Below, piece by piece: positions 13,061 to 25,827 of a stretch of DNA of 64,000 nt; position 1 is the first letter of the stretch; each line of letters starts with the position of its first letter. Position numbers and translations under genes: made by a program. Source of the DNA: Balanoglossus misakiensis. Taxonomy: Eukaryota > Animalia > Hemichordata. The notes under the pieces are model-generated. The model searched no databases and was not told where the DNA came from. It saw nothing but the letters and a program-made list of their open reading frames with translations. The stretch covers positions 8,543,677 to 8,607,676 of the forward strand of contig CM082592.2 of NCBI GenBank assembly GCA_040954595.2, written 5' to 3'.

Positions 13061-13996
13061 CTATGATCTATACATTGCTTCCCGAAAAACCCGGTTATTA
13101 TTACTGCCACCTCTGTACGGTTCTCCCTCCTCTTCGAAGACGTCATCCGGGTCATCCTCAAACTCTTTGTAGGGAGGCGGCGGATCAGAATACATGGACG
13201 AAGCATATCTGTGAATCACGGTCTGTATAGCGGGGTCTTTCAGTTCGCTGTCCAGATTGACCGACGGATTCAACTGGCTCGGGTTTGACAGTTCCATCTC
13301 CCTCCTCTCGAACGCCGAACAGCGGGCGTCTGTGTCGTTGGGAGGCGAACTGACGTTCACGCAACGTTCAAGCCAGTCGGCGACCCTGGCGATGGCGGCC
13401 GGACTGATACCAGCGGGCGGGGCTGTCGTCAGCGAAGTTTGCGTTCCGACGGAATTCAGACACAGTCTGCAGTGAGGGCGGCCATTGCTTCTATGACTCG
13501 GGGGTCCGTTCTCTATCTTATCCTGGATGCTTTTTCGTTTCTTGCCCCTCAGATACTCTTCGTAAGCGATTTTGAAAGCTTTCATCAGGTAGAGAATCAG
13601 AACACGGCAGATCGTCGCGTCCTTGCACACGCATGCGTGGCAGTAGAACTTCCGCCTGCCTTCGTGTTCCCGACTCTCGATGAACGAGAAAACGCGCTGA
13701 TGGACGGGATCCGCGGCGCCGTACGTCACGTCGTATATCGGGATGAACTCTTGCACGCCGTTCTTGTGACCTTTCATCGTGATCCCGCGGGTGGTGATCG
13801 TCAAAGTCAGTTTGGGCAGCGACTGCCCCTTGAGGGCGGTATACATATTGTCCACCGTGATCGAGGTGCATTCTGGGCCACTCCTCACATCCGAGGGAAC
13901 GTTCCCCATGTACGAGACGGTGAAGTCAGGCTGCTGCAGGTTGACGTCGAAAGACCCGCTGCGCCGCCTGAGAGACGGCAGAAAAGATGCCATCAT
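13061..13996 (-). CDS. PTB/PID-domain adaptor protein 2 (LDLRAP1/FAM43-like), 311 aa, single coding exon
   Basis: PDFTVSYMGNV...GPECT...LTLTITTRGI...IPIYDVTYGAADPVHQRVFSFI...FYCHACVCK...LYLMKAFKIAYEEY; clear paralog of 9347-10597; acceptor gcttgttctttcag at 14041-14040. The 3' end may be spliced (see findings). Confidence 0.88.
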   Translation of the reverse strand: MMASFLPSLRRRSGSFDVNLQQPDFTVSYMGNVPSDVRSGPECTSITVDNMYTALKGQSLPKLTLTITTRGITMKGHKNGVQEFIPIYDVTYGAADPVHQRVFSFIESREHEGRRKFYCHACVCKDATICRVLILYLMKAFKIAYEEYLRGKKRKSIQDKIENGPPSHRSNGRPHCRLCLNSVGTQTSLTTAPPAGISPAAIARVADWLERCVNVSSPPNDTDARCSAFERREMELSNPSQLNPSVNLDSELKDPAIQTVIHRYASSMYSDPPPPYKEFEDDPDDVFEEEGEPYRGGSNNNRVFREAMYRS

Positions 13997-16900
13997 TGCA
14001 ATTCGAAGTCACTTTCACGACAGCCCAACAGCATTTGACCTGAAAGAACAAGCAAACCAATATTTACCACAAATCGATTGGTAGACATGCTGTAATGTAA
14101 TGATTCCAGTTTATCTTGACAAGTACTGCATTTGGATACCAACCAAACAATATCAGCGGAATTGGAAGTGACTGAAAAGTGGATTAACCCTCGTAACACG
14201 CGCGTATTTGCACAACACAACGTTTAGCTCATTTTTCATTCCACATTCCCTCTCATTGTCACGGAAATTCGGCCTTAGAGCTCGCTTATCCAAGAATGCC
14301 CGCACAACGCAACTCATTCGGACACTATGACAGGTCTGGATATCGAATAACCCGTAGTGTTATCCGTTTCCGTGGTAACAAAGCGTACCCCGAGTCCCTC
14401 GCTTAGCAACAGACGCGATCGCTTTATGGATTTCTCGTATTTCAGTAGGATTGCATGGCCTCCACATTCCCGTGGCAACCATGATAATAATTCGGATAAC
14501 GGTTAATGAAATAGTGCTTTTGATAATCCATGTAGTAGTATCACTTCCCCTGTTTAGTTTGCATTGTTGGTGTGCCTCAACAATCCCGGCGGGATTTGAG
14601 TATATGCCCGGTTCAGAATAAATGCCAGAAAACCAGCTGGGTGTACCCCTCACAGTATCATAGTGCCCAATGTTTGACAAAACTGGACAACATGAACACG
14701 ATGCGACCGAATGTCTAAACACACGCTCACGTCAAGAAACTCTACTGTTGCCAAACCTACCTCAACTCAGTACATATATCATGGGCTGAATCAAGTCCCC
14801 CGTCCTCACAGGTGTTTAAACTGTGCGTGTGCGGACTGGTCTTGTGTGGACCGCTTTTATATAGAACTGGTCCTGATCTTCTGTGGGAATGTACTCAGGG
14901 GGGATTTGCAAAATATTTGACTCACTGGTGGTTTCTGGCATTCGTGTCAATTATCACCAACCTACATTGGCGTGAGATTGGTAGATACCGTTGTTGTCTG
15001 TTTGCTGACTTATTTTAATACTTTCTGTGAGGTTGAACGCCGATATGCTACATGAATCTACTCCCCCAAGTGTAGAATTTAGAGGATTTTTTGTGTAATT
15101 GTACAAGATTTTTTTTCATTATTTCGCCCAAGGATCCTGTTTTGGTGCTGTTTTGAAGTATACCCACGCAAGTTTGGCCAAAAGTCAAGTACTCACTACA
15201 CATTGCAAATGTTATTACCGAGATAACTTTACAAGTAGTGGCCGTGACAGGGTCGGGGTTATAAATTATGTTATTGCCTCAGCGCGGAAGTAAACGCCAC
15301 TAAACCAAAGACCGTGTTTTTATTCGATTTTCTTCGCTAAAACTGTTATTTAGCCAAGAGAAGCAACGCAACCCTAGTCACAGATATCCAGAGCAGAAAT
15401 TATCGCTGTATTGTTATCGTGTTACAGTATGTAGGGCGACAAGAGCACACACCCACCACAGAAACGGGCATCATTTTCGTGTGTTTCCTTGTCAGTCGCG
15501 AATGAAGTACCAGAAAACGTCAATATGGCGACAACTGAATTCTAGCCATTGTGAATACTGTTTAAAACTGTAGCTGTATGTTTACAAGCGCTGGGCCATG
15601 TTAGGGTCACAGGGGACTTCTGAAAAAGACGCCAGCCATGCGAATGCCATGACATCGGCGCAAACCTGTGTTAGAATACTATGACCTATACGTACAAATA
15701 ACAATGGCGGTCACATCACACGATGATGGCAGAGAAAAACAAAACACGCTGACTCTAAACTAAGGAATAAACAGAAAAAGTGTATACGTACGTGGCGATG
15801 CAAAACTCGCAGGCAAACTAATACAGGTGCCTGGGTTTTCGTTTAGTGAACGATGTCTAAATGATGTAAAATAGCTGTACATGTACTTCGACATTTATGT
15901 CACCGTATTATAACACTGGAAGACACATTGATGCAAGTTCTACAATTGGTCCTTTTTTCGAATTCCCTCTTCATAAAGTTCGTCCTCAGAGAGCTGTATA
16001 AACTGCGGCCGCGTGGAGCGATTGTCAGTATTTCTGGTCCGTTGGCTATTTTTGTCTGTCGACCGGGTGACGTCAAACAACACTTTAAACAGCGCCTTCG
16101 AGCTGTTATGTCGAATCAAAAACGTGTGGTAAAGGTCGCAGCTTTCGTCGAAGACTGTGCATCGGCGCTCAGCAGGAATGCTTGTTTACAATCTGAATGA
16201 CGCTGGCACGTACGAGCGCTTGGCCCCACCGTTGAACTTGCGAGGTGACGTAGTTGCGATAAACATCAACTATTTACTTTCACTGGCGGAAATGAAAATC
16301 CTTTTCATGGCTCCCCGGCGCTAGCAAATACAGTAGTCACCTCACTGTAAGGACGTATCATTGGACCCTTCATCGTGGTCGTATGCGTTTATGCGCCAGC
16401 TAACCCGGGGGTTTTGTCTGTGACACGACTTGAGGTGATATACACAACATGTATTGTGTGGCTGGTAACCAGACTGCGTTCTAAGTGACCCACGCCCATT
16501 ACTAAATTGGCCGTCGACAGAATCGAGAGAGCGATCGTTTAGTCAGCTCGCATAATGATTTGACCTGCCTTTGAGTGTGGTTTACCACGCATAAATGCCA
16601 GATGTGCTTTTGTATGCATACAAGTGGCTTTCGGCAGACAATGGGATGCTGTGAGTGGTGGAACTTGGAAAAACGGGAACGTTTTTAGGTCAGAATATTG
16701 TCAAAACTGAACAGATGATAAAAATGAGCACGCTAATTACACACGTGACAGTGTTTTTGATATTTGTGAAATCCCTTGTTGCTAATAAATCAATTTCCAA
16801 AACATAAAATGAAAACACAAGAAAAATTATCCATAAATTTATTTAACACAAACAATCGCATTAAGAGAACTTATTTTGTTATACTCAGAAATCACATGTT

Positions 16901-19900
16901 TGAGCAGGTGGACAATAAAACACGGAAGCATAAGAATATATATATTTGCGTGTTTCCATGGAAACCGGAAATAGGAAATGAACAGACGAGGACCGCCTAT
17001 TGAAGGAAAACCATTAATATAATTATTTTATGAGTTTATAATCTGCTATGGTTTTGCTATCGGAAATAATATGCAGTACTTGTAGGCTACTGGCAAAGAA
17101 ATGAAATTACGATGACACATGGCATGGGTCGAGAAAGGTAACCTTATAAAGAACGCCATCTTGCGTAGACGGTGGTCTGTCGACCACCTGTTGTTTGGAC
17201 TGCATGCCATCAGTGTACCCTGCACGTGGTAGTACGTAAGAGCGCCCTCTTTCACATGCGTACGTTTTCAGAAACCACCTGTTGAAGTGCAACTGACCAT
17301 CTTTGTGTAAAAGTCGAGTTATCAGACCCACACGATCATTTTTTTGAGCGTAGATTAAAACTAAATCCAACCAAAGCTTATCTCCAGTGATTAATTCAGT
17401 CATCCAATGCCATAAATATGAGGGAATGTGTATGGAATTTTCATAGACGCCAGACGTACTAGAATGTACATTATTTACAAGGACAGTTGATTATGTTAGC
17501 CTCTCCCAGGGGCTGGTGAGTATCTATGTGGAGGAAATGAAAGTGAACAGTCAAACGTGATGTATATGGTCAAAGTTCGAGAAAGTTCATTACACTGTGG
17601 TCATTTGGCCATTCACAAGTGAAATGACGTCAGTGGCGAAATTCTACTAGGTCTTATCGAGGTGTTATCCATTCTTCAGTCGAGTAGTGTGTAAAAATGT
17701 CGTGGCAAGAATCTAGTTTGGCACTCGGTCGCAAATGCGCACCTTCGGACTATAAAGCCTGCACCATGAGAATATACCGGATATCAACATGCTGTTGCAA
17801 AGAACAATGCTGTACCAGGCACAGAATTCAAACAGCACATTCGAACTGTGTGTGGTATTTTTAGATCAAAGTCTGATATAAAATGTGAGGTATTTGACCT
17901 CCAAAAGTCGCCAAGGGAATTCGCCTGTCAACATTCCGACAGAACGACCAGGAGGTTGAAAAGAAATTAATTCTGGTCACTGTCTTTGATTATTTGGAGA
18001 TGCTATGCGTTCGCTTGGACAGTGGCTGCGTTGTAATCTCTTCTGATTCATTTGTTTTGAAAGTTGCGTCCTGGACATATGTTGATTATGTTTGGATACG
18101 TTGAATTTTACTGTTTTGGATACACGGTAGCATTTTTGCATATCGCGTAGGTATTGGTAACTTAATTAATCACACACAGACAAAGCAATCTGAAGGATAC
18201 TGATAACAAAATATCGCAAAAGAGACGGAACTGCGATGGATATCTCTCATCCGGGACTTATTGACCAGTAATCTCGATTCCAGCGCGTTAGTACCAACTT
18301 GGTGTACGTGTACTTGTAGAGTTGGCGACCGGTGGCGCGAACACATTGAAGAAGTCCATTACTTTGTTTTCATATTTTTGACGCTGTAAGTAACTGTACA
18401 AGGACGTTTCATAGCGGACTACCGCGAAATTGGTTAGATAGTGGCCGAATAGGGACATAAACAACAACAATAACTATTCCAGTTGACAAACAATGGTCCG
18501 CAAGTTCAGTGACACTCACGAGGAAACGGGAAAAATCTGACGAGGAAATAAATGTGTTTACCTGTGACCATGGACGTACCACAGAGACACGCGATGCATA
18601 TGAAAGACAAAAGAGTCTGACGGCACAATGCAATGGGTATAGAACTGAATAGGGTCGCTCAAAACTGGAACACTGTCAAAGGAGCCATGACAATCAGGAA
18701 TACGTTTTTGTTTTCTCGCCATCCTAAAATTATCTGACGTAGTTTGAAAATAAATAAATAAATGAACAAACACGGATGAAGAAGAAGAAGAATGAAAGGC
18801 TAAATGCAACAAAACTCTCCTGAAAACAACAAATAAAGAGAAATTGTGATTCGCTTCTTGGCATGTAAAACATTTTATTATCCAACAAAACGGGATTTTC
18901 AGATTAATTATATTATTAACCGGTACATATTAGCATAATAAAAAATAATCATTTGATTTGATTGATAAATACAGAAGATTATAAAACAGTAGCTATTTAC
19001 AAATTACGTGGTTATTTACATGTTATATTGTGTTCCCGTTCAACAAAACCATTTGGAAAGAATCATTGCTCTGAAAGGAAATTGAAATGCATCATATATA
19101 CAAAATAAGGGTAGCCCGTAAAATCCTTTTTCGCTTTTGATTTGAAGGATATTTACTTTTTCCGACCGGTTTGCATTTCAGAGAGGAACATCTTAAAGCT
19201 TCTAAAAATTCTGAATGAAGGTTCTATACCCAATCCTACTACCAACCAATCATTATGTACCAGTGGTTAGTAGTAACGATTTGCTGGCCTGCAGCATTTT
19301 ACTAATTTGGTTATTAAACGACCATGGTTCACCTGCCTCTTTGAGTGGAGGTTATGATTTCGAAGTCGAATTTCAAAGTCGCAGTCGTGGCCCGCGTCAA
19401 ACATTCATCAGAAAGTCTCCTTGGAACACGATAGCCCCCGGGAAGTTATAATTCAATCGTGTTTTTTTACGGCCATGGGGGAATTGTTGTCACTTAAAAC
19501 TCCTCTATGGGTGCTTGTGGTGGACATTTGAACCCGGTATCACACTGAATGATAGCGTTGACCTTTTTTCGCACGAGTCCACACTGCGCTATACACCATG
19601 CCATGAAAGGGACCACCCGATCAAAGTATAAAGAAAATCATTTTGGGGAATAAAAATCGGGAGCTTTGGTGAATTTTTGACGCGAGCATCCTCTTTTTCT
19701 GCCCACGTACCTATCATGTGCTGTACAAAATCACATACAGTGGAACTTGAAAGCTTCCACAAAATTAAACGGCTTGCTATTTTCAAAATCAACAATTTCA
19801 GTTGTGTATCACAGTCGTGACCATCAATCAACAAAAACAAGCATCACATCCAGGACTTCATAAATCACTGCTTTGAAAAATAGTAAATAAATCTAAAATA

Positions 19901-21933
19901 TATTGATATGTATTTTAATTGTACCACAGGGCAGTAAGGATAACTATTTTGATTGATTATATGGGGGAGGGGGAAATAATTACCAAAACCGTCGTCGTTT
20001 CGTATTAATTGCCACGATAAGCAAATTCCTACTCTATAAAAAGTCCAACCAAGACTGGATCTTAGAATATGGGCATTCGAATAAATATACATTAATATAT
20101 ACAGTAAAAATTGCAAGATTGAGTTCATATATTGCGGTAATAATAATATATACATGTATTTCACATTTCAGTGACATTTTTTTCTGTTTTACGAAAATGG
20201 CATATATTTGTAAATATGACAGAGAAGCATCGAATTGTACAACGTGCCATTGTTGTATTGAAACTTCGCATGAAAGAGTAACGTGGTAGATTTTAGGATT
20301 TTTGGCCAGTGTATTGCCTGAGGCATCTTGTTCAACCTGTGTTGAAGCTTCTAGTATTCCGCTTGCCAACATGTCGGTGTTGACATTTCATTTTTGTGAA
20401 GACTAAAATTGACTGGTAAACAGTAACTATGTGACTCGTCGTACATTTTGTACGTTAACAGCTGCCTTGTAAAAGCCACTATGGACACCCATGGTAAATC
20501 TAAATGTGTGGTGTTCCGAAATGTTTGGGGGGAAAACATATAATCTGAATTCTGAATGTGTTTCTATAAGTAACCCCCTATGCTGATACAATCTAGGTCA
20601 GTGGAACGAGCAATATGCGAATGTGTTTTCGTGACAATATGCACAGGGGATGATCATTTTATACGCATGACGACTCGTCACGCGTCCAAGAGTGCGCTCT
20701 AAGTAGAAACCAAAACCCAAATACTTTCCGTGATCTGTATGGCAATCCGAAAGGCCTTTCTGGCACAGAAAACGCTGTCCTATGCAGAATTCCAAAAGTT
20801 ACCTACACACGCAATCGATTGACAGGTCAACAAAATAACTGACGTGCAAATTCAGGCCATGAATAAACCCTTGGTGTGTGACCAGTACTTTGCATTCAGT
20901 CAGTGTACATAAACACAACCGCTATAAACCATTGTGTCCACGAAGTTATAAATAAACTCCCACCTGTGATTGAAAGGGGTCAGTGTCGTTCAGGTAGCCC
21001 AATCTTTCCACAATCTTGTGTCGCCCACAGTCAGTTCTAACCAAACAATCATTTCTGACGTTCTAGCTTTTTGGTTATATCAGTTGATATGCTATTTAAG
21101 CTCCCGAAGGCCTGAAATGTTCAGCTTTAACAGCTTTATTTGATTGGCAAACACCGACCTACTGTGCCTACACCATTAAAATAGTTGACAGTACCGACGT
21201 GACGCATTTTAGACGTGTAACCTGTACGCAGAAACAGGCTTGGGAAAATGTTGGTTTAATGATGATCGTTATTCCGAAGTTCCAGGGTCAAACCCGAGGG
21301 AAGTGTATCGCCTGTTGTCAATGTTTAGCGGAGAAGATCGTAAAACTAGCATGATTGGGGGTATTGTACATTTTGTCTCGCACAATTCTAAAGATTTTCG
21401 TCACACCGCACCACACAACAAAACAACAACAATGGGATATGGCACCACTGTCACGATGTTGTGCCTGGTCTACCGTTGGAAAATAACAAAACACAGATCA
21501 TGCCATGTAACTCCATGCGCAGACGAACTTGCGCCCAAATGCGAAACTTAGCCCTTCAAAATTATTCCAAAAGTTCCGGTTTCCCCCTGTTTATCAAACA
21601 AGTCAACCCGTCCATGTTAAATCCACCTGGATCCCAGTATTAAGGGTAAACTTGAATCAACTGATTGGTTTTTAAAATTCGGTAGTGGTCCTGAATCTCC
21701 CTGCTTAGTGTGTCACCTAATTTCTTGAGGAAGAGGGCGGGGGGTCGGGGGGGGGGGGTCGGTCGTGTTTATGTTGTAAACACCTTTTAAAAAACTGAAC
21801 CAAACCAAGGATTTGATTATCTCAAAACCTCGTTTGACAAGTAATGGACTGTCATGCCCCAGTTACTGATTAACAGTTAATTGGCGAGGACAATCGGCGA
21901 AGTTTCAATAACAAAAACTGGTAAATCTTTTAA

Positions 21934-22200
21934 AGGGCCACTATTGGCTGTTTTTTCAGTATTTTTATTCTGTGTATCAACCATGGTTTCTTTTTTGGCT
22001 CGCTGAAGCAGGAGTATATGCGTAGTGTTAATCTTCACAACATAGTACATTTGTGCACAGTCGACATTGTTTTGCTTGAAAAATTGAATTCAAGTCCGGA
22101 CTTGAATGTGCTTGTCAACAATAACAATGGTAGATGATACACAGAAACAAAAATACTGAAAATAACTTAGAAGTTACAGATAGTAACATATAGTGGCCCT
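21934..22200. mobile_element. Degenerate Kolobok-type MITE (second family)
   Basis: TTAA|AGGGCCACTAT...ATAGTGGCCCT|ATAA; internal inverted match ttttcagtattttt-attctgtgtatca vs tgatacacagaaacaaaaatactgaaaa; right TSD has one mismatch. Confidence 0.6.
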
Positions 22201-22371
22201 ATAAATCTTTAAAAGTCGCGATTCGGTTTGGGATGACCCCAATGCATATTTGGACTAGTGGAACTTAAGTTTTGTCAAATAACATTTCTACATGTTGCAT
22301 ACCTTGTTGAAACTCGAAATTTCCGTTCAAAAGCACCTTTGTAAGAAAAAAACGTTATACAATGTGTGTTG

Positions 22372-23769
22372 TTAGAAATATTCGCCCCTCGACGCGACTC
22401 CCCTGACTTCGGTTTCTTTGGGGTTCGAGTAACTCTCAGTTTCGTCGTCGTCGTCATCGTCTTTCAGGGTCAACCTAAGCCACTCTTGTATCCGCCGATG
22501 GATGTCTTTATCCGTGAGACGGGCAGGCAGCCCAAGATCCTGGGCGATTTGTTGCGAAGTCCTGTTCGTCTCGTCGTCGCGGCCGCCCATGTCCAGCGAC
22601 GAAATCTCATCCTGTAACATTTTGATGTACATGAAGCCCTTTTCGCTGCCGTTCGAGTTCCCCGATATGGAGCTGCCGTTCAGTGAGCTCTCCGAGAGCG
22701 ACTCGCTGCCGCTGGCGCTCAGGCTGGACGTCGACGACAGGGTCGTCATGGCGTCGGAGTCCATGGAGAAGTGGCGCTCGTAGATCGGGGTCCGCGGCTG
22801 CGACTTCTTGCGAAATCTGAAGTAACGCGGGTTGTTGATCTCGTCCACCTCGCTCACGCTGGAGTCGAGGCGTCCGGATCTCGACGACCGGGGCCGCCTG
22901 AGCGGGTCAGCTGTGGCAGGGGTCGAGGGCGAATCAACAGGTTGGTGGTAATCAGGTGGGGCTATGGGGATAGTGACCGCGGCGCCCCTGTCGGGAGGTG
23001 CGACGAACGACGGCATTCGTTTCCGCCGTCCCGAAGAAGCGTCGCCCCCCAATTTGTCTCTCGAAATTCGCACTGACGCACCTTGCTCGTGCGAACCCTC
23101 CAGAATGACCGAGTAGACATACTCGCTGCCGAGCGGCTGCGCTGCGGCGGGCGGCGGGTCCGACGAAGTGGAGGAGTTAGTCTCGGATCCCGAAGAATTC
23201 AGACGCATCTGCGATTCTAGTTTCCTCCTCTCCCGCCGTTTTCTGTGGTATCGCTTTCGCTGCAGGCTCTCAAAGACCTGTAGAAACGTCCGCAGCAGCC
23301 AGTACGTTATCAACTGCGCCGTCTTTCTTTTCTCACACAGAAAAGCGTGGCACTCAAACAGGCTGCTCTCTGGGTCCGAGTCGCTGCGTGTTATAATGGC
23401 AAACACTCGGGGATACTGCGCGTCGGCGATCCCATAACAAACATGGTGTATCGGTATTACGACGTGTTTCTCCTTGCCGAAAGGTCCATTACAGTCCATA
23501 AAATGGAAACCTTTCGGCGATATCGTCAGCGCCGTTTTGGGCAGTTTCTGCTTTTCGCGCATTTTACACAGGGCCTCCACCGGTTCCGAGATATACTCCT
23601 TCCCAAATTCGCCCTTTGCGGGCATCTTACCCAGGTACTGGACCCAGAAAGTTGGGCAACGCTCTTTGGCGTGTCGCTTCGATTCCTGTGGAGGCGACAA
23701 CCCATTCTCTAACTGTCTGAGTGGGTCTCCAGATCCCTTCTTCTTCTTCAGCAGCGCTTTGGACGCCAT
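22372..23769 (-). CDS. PTB/PID-domain adaptor protein 3 (LDLRAP1/FAM43-like), 465 aa, single coding exon
   Basis: PTFWVQYLGKM...TALTISPKGF...IPIHHVCYGIADAQYPRVFAII...FECHAFLCEKRKTAQ (compare ARH ECHAFLCTKRKMAQ); Ser-rich tail; acceptor gaacttttctgtag at 23901-23900. Confidence 0.9.
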   Translation of the reverse strand: MASKALLKKKKGSGDPLRQLENGLSPPQESKRHAKERCPTFWVQYLGKMPAKGEFGKEYISEPVEALCKMREKQKLPKTALTISPKGFHFMDCNGPFGKEKHVVIPIHHVCYGIADAQYPRVFAIITRSDSDPESSLFECHAFLCEKRKTAQLITYWLLRTFLQVFESLQRKRYHRKRRERRKLESQMRLNSSGSETNSSTSSDPPPAAAQPLGSEYVYSVILEGSHEQGASVRISRDKLGGDASSGRRKRMPSFVAPPDRGAAVTIPIAPPDYHQPVDSPSTPATADPLRRPRSSRSGRLDSSVSEVDEINNPRYFRFRKKSQPRTPIYERHFSMDSDAMTTLSSTSSLSASGSESLSESSLNGSSISGNSNGSEKGFMYIKMLQDEISSLDMGGRDDETNRTSQQIAQDLGLPARLTDKDIHRRIQEWLRLTLKDDDDDDETESYSNPKETEVRGVASRGEYF

Positions 23770-25649
23770 TAGTGTCAGCGCGTTGTGCAGGAAGTCATCG
23801 TTTCAAATTCCTAAACTCGTCAACTCCTCTCTGCGCGAGTTTGGCACCAACTCGGTGGGACACTCCCGCTTTCTGCTGTTTGTGTCGCCGTCAAAGTACC
23901 TACAGAAAAGTTCTTGGGTTCGATGCAAATCAATCCTGATTATGCAAACTCCTTTGAATAACATGATCTATTATCGTTGCTGAATGGGACTCCATTGAGG
24001 CATAAACTGATTGAAATATCACTGGTATGTGTACACCGTGTGTATTGTACACCTACAAGTAGGGGCCCTCTATCGGAGCAACAAAGGGCGACTTTTAGAA
24101 TGGGGCCACCACAGGTATTTATCAAACAAGTCGATCGAACCGAAAAGTATGCTGCCATACCAAACCCAAAATATTCACGTCACAGATACCCATTTCCCGC
24201 CTGAACTACACCAGCCGTTGTCAATCTGGAGGATTCAAAGCGCACCGTTATTAGATTCTGCCCCCCCCCGAATCAACCGCGGAATTTTTGCCCAACTTTA
24301 ACCTGTCGTTTCCCTCTTTGTGTCCCGCCGCAAAATGTCTGTGGCCATGTAGTTTATACTAGCCTCCGGTCAAACAGGTCGAGCAAACAGTACGCAGATA
24401 AGTTGTCAGGAGATTCATAAACGAGCTGAGGGCTGATTTATATTCACCCACGGACGTACCAAAGATCACCAGACACTAAAATCTCACTACAGGTGTACTG
24501 GGTGTCTTTGTCAGGCCAAAGTTTTGGAAACGAATAAAGTTGGGAAAGACGTTTTTATGTGGAGTGGAGAAATGATCAGTAGTCATTCCGGACAAAAACA
24601 TACTACTTGGTTACGTTTTAATTTTGTATTCACACCTGCGCAGAACTCAACGAGAGACCAAAGTCCCATTTCTACATAACTTCAGTCTCGCTGGTTTGTG
24701 GTCCCTCTCCAGGGATATTCACTGTTGGTGTGTATTGCAATGTCTGAGGTCCAGTGTATCTCTTGTGACTATGCCACCTGTTGCTGGCGCAAACCGTCCG
24801 CAGAGACCCTAGAGCGAGTTACCAGTTGGAAGCTTTCGTTGCCATGGCATCCGTTCACTGGCTGGATGACGAGCACTCCGCATGCTCAGGGTTTGGTAGC
24901 GTTTTCTTTGCGCGTAATCGAACAAAAAATTACATATTTGGAGATTAATCCACGCAAAGCGAAAGTAGACACGATAATTGCCAAGCGGCGAGTTTCTTTT
25001 TTGCCAATGGAGTATTACATCCAAGTTTGCTTAGCGTTACTTAATTGCGTGGTACTTTGAAGAAGGCCAATCAATGCAACCGTTAATCCTGTTTGTCCAA
25101 GGATTTCTGTAGTCTCTGTAAACTGCGTATCATGTCAAATCCCCGGACACGTGATTCAGTCTTGGCCAGGACACAGTCCCTCTGTAATAGAGGGACTCAT
25201 GTCAGGCGCCAGCATCTCAGTGAGGCGGTGGACTGCTTGTCCCATTAGACGGACCAAACCCTCTCTTGCAGTAAAACATGCGATTTCCATTTTCTCACGG
25301 TATTTTATAAACCTTCATTTTTTCTATATTTCTTTCTAAGGTTTGTTGTCCTCTCATTGTGTGCAATTCAACAGTTTTCCTTGATCGGTCGAGAAGCTTG
25401 AAGGTTTCATACAATTTAGTTGTCAGTATTAATGGGCCAACTAAAAACAGTAAGAATAAAGAACCCCCTCCTTTCCCATAAAAGAAGAGCACAGTAATGA
25501 CATCTTTAAAAGCATCGCAAACATCCCGACGGGAATGAGTTTGGACTGAAACATTCTCATAAAAATGACTGTTAAGAGTTTGAAACAACTCCATGTTATG
25601 TTAATGGTACCATGAGACAAAGGAACTTGTACATGTATATGGCACTTAA

Positions 25650-25827
25650 GGGGGTATTACGCTTGTTTTCGCTGGTCATCACTCCTTTTCTAATCGTAAA
25701 TCACAACATTCGTTTCTCTAAAACCACATTATGAGGTCCCTAACGGCAAGTACTCTCTGCTTATTCATTTCGTTCTATTCCAGAACTATCATTTTCTGAA
25801 GATCTGTCCCCCGAGGTGCGTACTACC
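25650..25827. mobile_element. Possible degenerate TTAA-type MITE relic
   Basis: TTAA then gggGGTATTACGC on the left, GCGTACTACC on the right (9/10 inverted match); right TSD not intact. Confidence 0.3.

Noticed and set aside
19517-21300. B-box-like motifs (~19530 minus, ~21285 plus) suggesting tRNA genes
   Set aside because: No cloverleaf or clear A box; at most decayed tRNA-derived SINE relics.
9369-23983. Long plus-strand ORFs (9369-10043, 13439-14038, 23474-23983 and others)
   Set aside because: Antisense shadows of the GC-rich PTB coding exons.
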